DNA from: an uncultured Acidobacteriota bacterium
Lineage (GTDB): Bacteria > Acidobacteriota > Thermoanaerobaculia > Multivoradales > SZUA-115
Assembly (NCBI GenBank): GCA_963805975.1
Contig: CAWDVR010000003.1
Span: 224,001-288,000 of the forward strand
Length of the DNA stretch: 64,000 nt
Reading direction: 5' to 3'
Position 1 is the stretch's first letter, and every line of letters starts with the position of its first letter. Below, piece by piece: positions 19,038 to 30,025 of this stretch. The position numbers and the translations under genes were made by a program. The notes below the pieces were generated by a model. The model was given only the letters and a program-made list of their open reading frames with translations. It was not told where the DNA came from and did not search any database.

Positions 19038-20171
19038 CGCTTCACGCTGGCGGCGGCGCGAAGGATACCCCGCCAGGTGGCCGCGTAGTCCCAGCGGGCC
19101 AGGATCGCGCGGTTGCTGCGCTCCACCTCCGCGGGCACCAGCCGGGTGAGGCACTGCTCGACCCGCGTCGCGAGCTCGGCCGCGTTGCCGGCCACGTACA
19201 CGAAGCCGTTCTTGCCGGGGTCGATCAGGTCGTGGCCGGCGCCCACCCGCGAGGAGGCGATCACCGGCAGGCCGCAGGCCATGGCCTCGGGCACGGAGAC
19301 CCCCCAGCGCTCCTCGGCCGCGGCGTGCACGAAGAGGTCCGAGGCGGCATAGAGGCTGGGCAGCTCGGCGAAGGGCACGTAGCCGAGGAAGCGCACCCGC
19401 GAGGAGAGCCCGTGCTGCTGCCGCGAACGCTTCGAGGCGCGGCTGGTCGGGGCCGTCCCCGGCCACCGCGAGCCAGGGCCGCTCGCCTTCGTAGAGGAGG
19501 AGCGCGGCGAGCAGGTCCCACGGCGCCTCGCGGGCGTTGAGCTTGGCCACCACCGTCACCACCGGCCCCTCCCCCGGCAGGCCGTGGCGCGCGCGGTAGG
19601 CGCCGCGCTCCCCGGCCGCCAGCGCCGAGCGCTGGCGGAAGCTCTCGACGTCCACGGCGTAGGTGAAGTGCGCGATCCGCTGCGGCTCGATGCCGAAGAA
19701 CGTGAGGTAGCGGCTGCTGAGCGTGCCCACGCCGAAGAAGAGGTCGTAGAGGCGGGTGAGGAGGGCGCGGTAGAGCAGCCGCTTCACCCGCCGGCGGCGC
19801 CAGGAGTCCGCGAACTCCACCGAGTCCAGCCGCAGGCCGGTCGCCACCCCTGCGCGGCGGGCGGCGAGCGCCGCCCCGAGGTAGGCACGATGGGTATAGC
19901 CGTTGGTGATCAGGAGGTCATACTGCTCCCGGGCGAGCTCCTGCTTCCAGAACCGCCGCCGCCCCTGGGCCGGGAGCACGGCGTGGTCGTAGCCACCCAT
20001 CAGGTCGAAGCCCCAGGAGACCCGGCGCCCGAGCTCGGGGTCGAAACGCGCCTCGCCGCTCTCGGCCGTGGTGTAGATCACCCGCAGCCGGTGCTCGGGG
20101 TCGGACGCGGCGAAGCGAAAGAAGGGCACGTCGAACTGCGTAGGCCGCTCGACCAGAAAGCCGATTCGCAT
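19034..20171 (-). pseudogene. GT4 glycosyltransferase with a frameshift near 19420 (pseudogene or sequence error)
   Basis: N-terminal half (to AGDGP...LEAF) and C-terminal half (VRFLGY, EERWGVSVPEAMACGLP) lie in different frames. Confidence 0.8.
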
Positions 20172-20224
20172 GAAGAAGTTAGCTTAACTCAAGGATCGCC
20201 GGCCCGGTAAGACAGGCGCGCAAG

Positions 20225-20827
20225 CTAGGTCCCTGGCGAACTTTCGGGGGGCGCGCTCTCGGGCAGAGGCAGGAAGAGCGATCCCACGTCGATCTCGATC
20301 GCCTCGAACGGCGGGATCGCGGCCCGCTGGCCGTCCGTCCAGGCGCCGAGCCTCACCCAGCGGCCGGACTCTGCCTCCAGGGCCTCGAGGCTGCGCAGAT
20401 CGGTGTCGATCAACCAGTAGAAGGGTACGCCGCCTGCGAGGTAGAGGTCGGCCTTGGTCAGCCGGTCGCGGCGAGCGCTGCTCGGCGAGAGGACTTCGCA
20501 GACCCAGTCCGGCGCCAGCTCGATCGGCCGCTCCTGCGGCAGCTCCGGCAGCCGCGAGCGCCGCCAGCCGGCGAGGTCCGGGCTCACGATGTCGTGCGGG
20601 CCGAAGGCGATGTCCGGCTCGATCACGATCCACCAGCCGCCGGGCCCGCTCTCACCGAGGTCGAATGGCGGCGTCAACCGGGAAGTGAGGACGGCCTGGG
20701 AGCGCCCGTGCGGTGGCCGGGGCCGCGGCATCAAGGAAAGCTCGCCGTGGATCACCTCGGCCTTGAGGCTCTCGGGAGCGGCGAGGATGTCCTGCCAGCC
20801 GGCGGGTCGTCGGAGCGGCTCGGCCAT
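20225..20827 (-). CDS. Uma2 (DUF820) family endonuclease
   Basis: AEVIHGEL, SPDLAGW, APDWVCEVLSPS, YWLID. Confidence 0.9.
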   Translation of the reverse strand: MAEPLRRPAGWQDILAAPESLKAEVIHGELSLMPRPRPPHGRSQAVLTSRLTPPFDLGESGPGGWWIVIEPDIAFGPHDIVSPDLAGWRRSRLPELPQERPIELAPDWVCEVLSPSSARRDRLTKADLYLAGGVPFYWLIDTDLRSLEALEAESGRWVRLGAWTDGQRAAIPPFEAIEIDVGSLFLPLPESAPPESSPGT

Positions 20828-20886
20828 GGGGGAAGGATACGATAAGGAACGCAGGCCGCGAACCAGACCCGAGGAGGAGGAGTGAG

Positions 20887-21114
20887 ATGAAAGAGCTTCG
20901 CGACAAGGACACCGGCAAGACCATTGGCTCGATCACCGAGGCGCAGCTTCAGTTCCTGGTCCAGCAGCTCGAGGAGGAGTCGCCGGAAGACCAGGACTAC
21001 TACCTGAACCGCGCCACCCTGGACCTCTTCGTCGAGCAGGGGATCGACCCGCAGCTCCTCGAGCTTCTCCGCACCGCCATGGGCGATCGCGAGGAGATGG
21101 AGATCGCCTGGTAG
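20887..21114 (+). CDS. Small acidic conserved hypothetical protein
   Basis: Strong RBS GAGGAGG; 'QFLVQQLEEESPEDQDYYLN' motif; 75 aa. Confidence 0.75.
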   Translation: MKELRDKDTGKTIGSITEAQLQFLVQQLEEESPEDQDYYLNRATLDLFVEQGIDPQLLELLRTAMGDREEMEIAW

Positions 21115-21267
21115 CGGGCTTGGGGCGGCTTCGAGCGCGGCCCCTGCCCAGGGCGTGCTACCCTACGAAAATAAACCGGATCATCGCCTGAGACCGAGCC
21201 AGCCGCGGCAGGAACCGGCTGGCGTTCGTCGTGGCCCGGCTCGGCGGGCGAGAACAGGAGGAGCGCG

Positions 21268-22968
21268 ATGCTCGAAGCTCGACGTCTGCTCGCCGCCGCC
21301 TTGACCCTCGCCTGTATCGCCGCCTGCTCGAGGAGGGAGGCCCCCCCTCCGCCGGCTGCGGAGACTCCTCCGGCACCGGCCGCGGCCCTGGCGTGCGACA
21401 CGGCCACCACTCCGCCGCCGGACTCCAACTTCCCGGCCGGGTTCGACTACCCGCAGCAGACCGCGAGCTGGGTAACGGCCCGAGAAGGCGACCGCATGCG
21501 GACCCACGGCTGGTGCCTGTTCGCGGGCCTCAACCAGCAGGCGCAAGCGAACGCCGAGTTCAACTGGCAGGCGTGGAAGACCTCGACCCAGGTCTTCCCC
21601 TACCAGTACAACCCGTGGCCGCTCCAGGGCGGGGGGCTCACTCAGCGGCCCGCGTCGCTCAATGCCAAGAACGCCGCCAACGCGAGCACCGCAGGCCCCA
21701 ACCCGATCAACATCCCGAATCCTCCGGTCTACCCGCTGAACGCGGCGATCCTCGGCAACCCGGCCTACAAGCAGTGCCTGATGCCGGCCGGCTGTACGAC
21801 GAACTGTGCGCTGCGCGACGGTGAAAGCTTTGAGAACAACGGCGACATCATGGTCGCCGGCGTGATCTACAACGACGCCGCGGCGGCCAACATCCAGAGC
21901 TCGAGCCTGTTCGACGCCGGCGTGCTCAATAGCGAGCTGCCCTTGCAGCCGACCGACCGCTCGAACTCGATCGGCCTCTTCCCACCGGCTTCGATCGTGC
22001 TCAAGACGATGATGTGGCCGGTGGCCAGGGGCGGCTTCACCGTCTTGCCGGTCTGGGACTGGGAGGCGCACCTGCCGGGCTCCGCGGACGACGGCAAGTA
22101 TGCGGGCTACGAAATGAAGGCGATGTGGACGCGGGCGGTGGCCATCACCGACCTGCCCAACCCCACGCCGCCGCCCGCGGTGAAGTTCCTCCACGGGGTG
22201 CTGAACAGCGACGGTACTCCCTTGGGCCCGAACACCTACGACAACACCCACCAGACGAGCCCGCCCGCCTTCACCGTGGCCTCGGTCCGAGACTTCTACC
22301 ATCGCCAGTACCAGCAGGCAGACCTCGACGCGCTGTCGGCCTGCGACCGCGCGATCCTCGACGCCTCGGCCTACTGGACCTACGACCGCGCCTTCGAGGC
22401 TGGCGACTACTTGGTGCTGATGGCCACGCACATTCTGACCAAGGAGCAGCCGGACTGGACCTTCCAGTCCGTGTGGTGGCACCCGGACGCCAAGGCTTGC
22501 CCGGATAGCCTGCGTTTCTGCGGCGATCGCCCCACCAACCTCGCCGACACCACTTTCCAGAACTACATGCTGACCACCACCTACGGCCAGGCCCAGAAAC
22601 AGACCAACCCGCCCAAGGACAACTACTACGCCCCGGCCGGGACGCTGGGTGCCGTCTGGCCGGTGGCCTACAACCCCTACATCGAGCTGGCGGCGGCGCA
22701 CCCGATCACCACCAACTGCATGAACTGCCACCACCGTGCCGCCTGGCCGCCGCGCGCCGAGCTCGACAAACCGGACGAAGGGCGCACCTCGGCCTACCTG
22801 CAGGCGGCCCCGCCCAACCCGAACGCGCTCGAGCTGTTCGACTCCGGCAACCAGGTCTTCAACGGCCTGTTGATGCTCGATTCGATGTGGGCGGTGAGCG
22901 ACCGCGCGGCCTACCGCGATGCGCAGGCGGCCGCGCAGGCTGCCCGAGCGAAAGAGCCGAAGCCCTAG
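21268..22968 (+). CDS. Lipoprotein with a single C-terminal CxxCH (putative c-type cytochrome)
   Basis: RBS AGGAGG; lipobox-like IAAC; TNCMNCH near the C-terminus. Confidence 0.7.
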   Translation: MLEARRLLAAALTLACIAACSRREAPPPPAAETPPAPAAALACDTATTPPPDSNFPAGFDYPQQTASWVTAREGDRMRTHGWCLFAGLNQQAQANAEFNWQAWKTSTQVFPYQYNPWPLQGGGLTQRPASLNAKNAANASTAGPNPINIPNPPVYPLNAAILGNPAYKQCLMPAGCTTNCALRDGESFENNGDIMVAGVIYNDAAAANIQSSSLFDAGVLNSELPLQPTDRSNSIGLFPPASIVLKTMMWPVARGGFTVLPVWDWEAHLPGSADDGKYAGYEMKAMWTRAVAITDLPNPTPPPAVKFLHGVLNSDGTPLGPNTYDNTHQTSPPAFTVASVRDFYHRQYQQADLDALSACDRAILDASAYWTYDRAFEAGDYLVLMATHILTKEQPDWTFQSVWWHPDAKACPDSLRFCGDRPTNLADTTFQNYMLTTTYGQAQKQTNPPKDNYYAPAGTLGAVWPVAYNPYIELAAAHPITTNCMNCHHRAAWPPRAELDKPDEGRTSAYLQAAPPNPNALELFDSGNQVFNGLLMLDSMWAVSDRAAYRDAQAAAQAARAKEPKP

Positions 22969-22986
22969 CTCTGTCTGGGCCGGCCG

Positions 22987-25443
22987 CTAGCGCGGCGGGT
23001 CCTCGTGGCCTTCGCGATCCTCGGGCTCCTGGCGATCGCGGTCCTCGTCGCCGCCGAAGATCTTGCGCAGCCAGCGGCGCACGCCGCGGCCGTCGCGGCG
23101 CTCGCTCGAGGGCTGGGAGCCCAGGCCCTCGATCTCGCCGCGCGGGCCGCCCAGCCAGCCGCGGTGGAGCACGCAGTAGGTGGTGGGCTCCTGGCCGCGG
23201 GCGTAGATCTCGGTCACCACCTCGGGGCAGTCGTCGGTGGCGAGCTCGCCGGAGGCGGGATCGATCACCGCGCTGACGATGCCCGCCGGCGCGGCGAAGC
23301 CCGGGTAGCCGGCGGCGGGCCGCACGGCGCGGGTGAAGCGCGCCCAGATCGGCAGCGCGGCGCGCGAGCCCGACATGCGGGTGGCGGTGTTGTCGTCGTA
23401 GCCCACCCAGACCACGGTGGTGCGGTTGGGGGAGAAGCCGCCGAACCAACTGTCGCGGCGGCTGTTGGAGGTGCCGGTCTTGCCCGCCAGCGGGTCGCCA
23501 AGGCCGGCCTGCCGCACGCCGGCGGCGGTGCCGTGGTCGACCACGCCCTGGAGGATCGAGGTCAGCAGGTAGGCCGTCTGCTTGGAGATCACCTTCTCCG
23601 GCGCCGGCAGCGGTTCGCCCTCGACCGGCCGGCCCGCGGCGTCGAAGACCGCGTTGACCGTGTGCACCGGCGGCCGCACGCCGCCCGCGGCGACGGTGGA
23701 GTAGACCGCGGCGAGCTCCACCGGCGAGACCTCGAAAGCGCCCAGCGCGAGCGCCGGGTAGGGCTCCAGCGGGGCGGTGATCCCCATGCCGCGAGCGGTG
23801 GTCACGATCTCTTCGAGCCCGGTCTCGAGCGCCACGCGGGCGGTGGGGATGTTGAGGCTCTTCTCCATCGCGGCACGCACCGTCACCCAGCCGGCGTACT
23901 CGTCGTCGTCGTTCTGCGGCGTCCAGGTGCGGCCGCCGACCGAGACGGTGAGCGGCGCGTCCTCCACCATCGTCGACGGCGTCACCACCCGGCGCTCGAT
24001 CGCCGTCGCATAGACCACGGGCTTGAAGGCGCTCCCCGCCTGGCGCCGGGCCTGGCCGGCGCGGTCGAACTGCGAGGCGCCGTACTCGCGCCCGCCCACG
24101 TAGGCGAGCACCGAGCCGTCGCGGGGGTCGACGGAGACCAGCGCCGCCTGCAGCGGGCTCACCGTCTTGGCGTTCTTCTGCCAGCCCTTCTCGAGCGCGG
24201 CGAGACCCCATCCCACCGCCTCCTCCGCCGCCTTCTGATCGGCGAGCGAGAGGGTCGAGAGGATGGTGTAGCCCTGGTCCGGCAGCTCGGAGAGGCCGAA
24301 GCGGGCCGCGGTCTCGGCGGCCACGGCGTCGGCGAAGTAGGGCGCGCGGCGGCGCAGAGGCGGCTGCGACGCGACGTTCAGGTGCTCGATCCGCGCCGCG
24401 GCGATCGCCGCCGCGTCGGCGGTCTTCAGCACCTCCAGGCGGTCGAGGACGTGGTTGCGGCGCTCGACCGCCTTCTCGGGATGGGTGAGCGGCGAGTAGT
24501 TGCCCGGCGCCGGGATCAGGCCGGCCAGGGTCGCGGCCTCGGCCAGGGTGAGATCGGAGACGTCCTTGCCGAAGTAGGCGCGCGCCGCGGCGCCCATGCC
24601 ATGGAGGTTGGCGCCGCCCGCCGCGCCCATGTAGATCTCGTTCAGGTAGGCCTCGAGAATTTGGGTCTTCTTGTATCGGAGCTCGACGCAGAAGGCGATG
24701 ACGCTCTCCTGGAGCTTGCGGCCCAGGGAGCGCTCGTGCGTGAGGTAGAGGTTCTTGACCAGCTGCTGGGTGAGGGTGCTGCCCCCCTGGCGGAGCTCGC
24801 CGCCCTTGAGGTTCACCCACAGGGCACGGAGCGTGCCCTTGGCCGAGACCCCGGCGTGGCGAAAGAAGCTCGCGTCCTCGGCCGCCAGCACCGCCTGCAC
24901 CAGCACGTCCGGCGTCTCCTCGAGCAGGAGCGGCCGGCGCTCGCGGACCTCCTCGCCGTAGTAGGAGGCGATCAAGGGTGGCTCGAGCGGGGCCGCCTCG
25001 ACCTGCTGCCCGCCGACGACGAGGCGGCGCACGCGGCGGTCGTCGAGGTGGGCCTCGAGCAGCTCTCCTCCGACCCACCCGGCCGGGGTGGGGAAGCTGC
25101 GCAGGAAGATCTCGGCCTTCTCCGGGGTCAGGCGGAAGCGTCCCTGGCGGACCGGCCCGGCCGGCGGCGCCTGGTGGTAGCCGACGCTCTCGAGGTGCCG
25201 CGCGAGGTTCTTGGAGTCGAGGTAGCCGCCCTGGGAGAGCACCACCGAGCGGCCGTAGAGGCGGGAGGGCTGCTGGCGCCGGGTCTCGGCAAATTGGCCG
25301 GAGAGCTGCCAGAAAGGCCGCAGCCACCAGAAGAGGAGCAGGAGGAGGCCCGCGGAGCCCGTCCCCAAAGTGAGCAGAATCTTGCGCTTGAGGCTCGCCG
25401 CCCGCCAATAGGCGCGCAGGCGGCGCCAACCTGTGAATCCCAT
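22987..25443 (-). CDS. mrcB: Penicillin-binding protein 1B (transglycosylase/transpeptidase)
   Basis: N-terminal TM, UB2H-like region, AAED..F, GGSTLTQQLVKN, SAFK (SxxK), SLN, KTGT. Confidence 0.88.
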   Translation of the reverse strand: MGFTGWRRLRAYWRAASLKRKILLTLGTGSAGLLLLLFWWLRPFWQLSGQFAETRRQQPSRLYGRSVVLSQGGYLDSKNLARHLESVGYHQAPPAGPVRQGRFRLTPEKAEIFLRSFPTPAGWVGGELLEAHLDDRRVRRLVVGGQQVEAAPLEPPLIASYYGEEVRERRPLLLEETPDVLVQAVLAAEDASFFRHAGVSAKGTLRALWVNLKGGELRQGGSTLTQQLVKNLYLTHERSLGRKLQESVIAFCVELRYKKTQILEAYLNEIYMGAAGGANLHGMGAAARAYFGKDVSDLTLAEAATLAGLIPAPGNYSPLTHPEKAVERRNHVLDRLEVLKTADAAAIAAARIEHLNVASQPPLRRRAPYFADAVAAETAARFGLSELPDQGYTILSTLSLADQKAAEEAVGWGLAALEKGWQKNAKTVSPLQAALVSVDPRDGSVLAYVGGREYGASQFDRAGQARRQAGSAFKPVVYATAIERRVVTPSTMVEDAPLTVSVGGRTWTPQNDDDEYAGWVTVRAAMEKSLNIPTARVALETGLEEIVTTARGMGITAPLEPYPALALGAFEVSPVELAAVYSTVAAGGVRPPVHTVNAVFDAAGRPVEGEPLPAPEKVISKQTAYLLTSILQGVVDHGTAAGVRQAGLGDPLAGKTGTSNSRRDSWFGGFSPNRTTVVWVGYDDNTATRMSGSRAALPIWARFTRAVRPAAGYPGFAAPAGIVSAVIDPASGELATDDCPEVVTEIYARGQEPTTYCVLHRGWLGGPRGEIEGLGSQPSSERRDGRGVRRWLRKIFGGDEDRDRQEPEDREGHEDPPR

Positions 25444-25506
25444 GCTTTCGCCCTGAAGCAAAACCCTGGCCCGGAAGCGGGTGGGCACCTTGATATCCTC
25501 GCTCCG

Positions 25507-27458
<1,952 letters not shown>

Positions 27459-27462
<4 letters not shown>

Positions 27463-29219
27463 AACCTTCCCTGCACGAGGCGCCGCGTCTCGGGGGCGCG
27501 GAGGATCTGTGGCACCTCGAGCGGCCGCAGGCCGGCGATCTGCTCGACCACGTGCTCGGCAGACATCATCGCCCCTTCCTGCCAGCCCGGCAGGGTCGAG
27601 ACCTGGTCGCCCACCACGTAGAAGCGCCCGTCGGGCGACAGCAGCTCGGCGTAGGCCTTGCGGTCGTCCGCGTCGTCCTCCCACTCGGCCCAGCCGCCGC
27701 GCTGGAAGGGCACGTTCTGCCAGGCGATCGAGAGCCCCAGCTCATGGGGCACGACGCCCGGCTCGGCGAACTCCGGATGGAGCTTGAGCGCGCCCTTGCG
27801 CGCCTCGACCAGCCGCTCCTCGAGGCTCATCTTGCCCAGGCGGACGGCGTTGTCGTCGTAGTTGTAGGTACCGGTGAGCGTGCCCTTCGCCGTGAAGTAG
27901 TCGTTCGAGGGGTACCACATCTGGGTGATGAGGTCGTCGATCCAACTGATGCCGCCGTAGATCTGGTTCTTGTCGTCCTCCCAGAACCGCCGGTTGGCCT
28001 GCCAGCCGACCTTGCAGGTGGGAGCGAACTTGCCGTGGGCCACGGCCCAGGCGAAGGGCTCGGAGAAGTTGACGGGGATCTCCTGCAGCACGGGCAGCGG
28101 GATGTTGCTGATGCAGAAGTCGGCGCGCCGGCTGCAGCGCTCGCCGCCGAACTCGTCGCGGAAGAACACCTCGACGCCGTCGTCCGCGAGCTTGATCTCT
28201 TCCACCACCGAGCGGTACTGGACGAGCGAGCCCACCTGCCGCTTGAAGCCCTCGACGATCTGGTCCATGCCGCCCACCGGCTGGAAGAGCGTCGCCTGCC
28301 ACTCGTAGTCCACCGGCTGGTAGAAGCGGTGCTGCCAGAACTGCGACTTCAAGAGCTCGCCGAGCGCGAGCGGCGTCTCCGGCGTGCAAGCCGTGTAGAC
28401 GGTGAGCGGGTGCTCGCAGCCCGCGCGGGTGGAGCCCGCGTAGGCGAAGCAGGCCGGGCACTGGCCGGCGCAGGTGAGGCAGCCGTCGCAGCTCTTGCCG
28501 CAGGTCGCGCAGGCGGTGTGGTCCTCCGAGCACTTCGTGCACGCCTTGCTCTCGCCCAGGTCGCCGAAGACCTTGAGCAGGCAGAGCAGGCGGTCGCGGT
28601 CGCCCTCGTCGAGCTCCTGGTCGAGCGCGCCCTTGCGCACCGCCTTCGCGAGCAGCTCCGCCACGTAGCCGCGGGTGTCGTTGGCGATCTGGCGATTGAT
28701 CTGGCGCTGGCCGCCCCAGGCGTCGCCGGTCTGGAAGAGGTTGGCGGTGGTCTCCATCACGTAGACCTCGAGCGGCACCCCCAGCTCGTGGCAGTAGTGC
28801 AGCACCCGCCGGTGGTGGTAGGGCAGCCGCCCCGGCCCCATGTTGAGGTAGAGCCCGCGGTCGAACTCGCACCGCTGCCGGGTGACGCCGTGCTCCTTGC
28901 TCTGCTCGGTGATCACGCTTCCCTGGCGGGCGGTCAGGCTGCGGCCGCCGGCGCGGTTGTGGGCCTCCAGGATCTCGCACTGGTAGCCGGCGCGGGTGAG
29001 CTCGTAGGCGGCCGTCAGGCCGCCGATGCCGGCGCCCAGGATCAGTACCTTCTGGCCGGCGCCGGAGCCGGCGGCGAGGCGCGGGGTGCCGGCCCAGGCC
29101 CCCGGCAGGTTGATGAGGCCGAGAGCGGTCATGGTCTCGTAGACCGCCGCGGCGCCGCCCGCCCGGCCGACCATCTCGAGGAACTTCCGCCGCGTGGTGC
29201 CGCCTGTCCACTCGCGCAT
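27459..29219 (-). CDS. Tat-exported flavin monoamine/L-amino-acid oxidase with Cys-rich insert
   Basis: TRRKFL twin-Arg signal; GAGIGG; EAHNRAGGR; GWQEGA; RBS GAGGAGG. Confidence 0.88.
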
Positions 29220-29410
29220 GATCCCCTCCTCGGCAGGCGCGAAGCTTCCCGGGAGGGGAAACGGCGCTCTCGCCGTCGACGTCCACTGAACCGATCGAAT
29301 TTCGGGCAGTGTATCGCGGAAGGGAATGCACGGATCAGGAAAGGTCGCGCCCGGCGACGGGGTCCAGAACCCGGCCGCCGGAAGCGTTTGTAGCGTCGAC
29401 CAACCCGGTG

Positions 29411-29890
29411 CTAGGGCGTGGAGATCAGCTCCACCAACCAGCCACTGCCCGCGCCACCCTCTCCAGCCTTTGCCGCTTGGACCAGCCTCACGGTGCAGTT
29501 GACGTCGGTGATGGGCTCCGAGCTCTCGAGCACCGCACCGGTCTTCGTTCCGTTGTCGGCGTAGAAAGTCACCACCGAACCAGCGGTCCAGGTGAGGGGG
29601 CAGGGGCTGAAGCTCATGGCTGGCAGGTTGTAGCGCTCTCCGGAATTGATCGAGCAGGCACCATTGCGCGCACCCCGTACGCCGTAGAGGACGAGCGCCA
29701 GGCCGGCCAGAACCAGCCCGAAGCAGAAGAGGGTGAGGTTCCCTCGCTGGCCCGTCTCCATCAGGAGGCAGGTCGCCCCGGCCAGCTCCATCAGCGCACC
29801 GGTGATCACGATCCCGGTGGCGATCGGGGGCGGGGGCGGGTGGGTCACACTCCAATCGGCAGGGGTCGAGCTACCGTTTCCAACAGGCAT
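29411..29890 (-). CDS. Hypothetical membrane protein
   Basis: Strong RBS AGGAGGAG; one or two hydrophobic segments; no recognised motif. Confidence 0.55.
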   Translation of the reverse strand: MPVGNGSSTPADWSVTHPPPPPIATGIVITGALMELAGATCLLMETGQRGNLTLFCFGLVLAGLALVLYGVRGARNGACSINSGERYNLPAMSFSPCPLTWTAGSVVTFYADNGTKTGAVLESSEPITDVNCTVRLVQAAKAGEGGAGSGWLVELISTP

Positions 29891-30025
29891 GATTTCTCCT
29901 CCTTCGCTTCAGAAAAACGCTGATCGATAAGGGTCAACAGACATCAATCTCCATCACCTGCGTCCGAACCTGCGCCGCCGATGAGGGCATTGTGCCGATT
30001 ACTGTCTCTTGTAACCGCTTCAACG

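Noticed and set aside
18168-20171. 667-aa GT4-GT2 fusion
   Set aside because: Produced by the frameshift near 19420. The GT4 C-terminus is in another frame and the GT2 has its own ATG.
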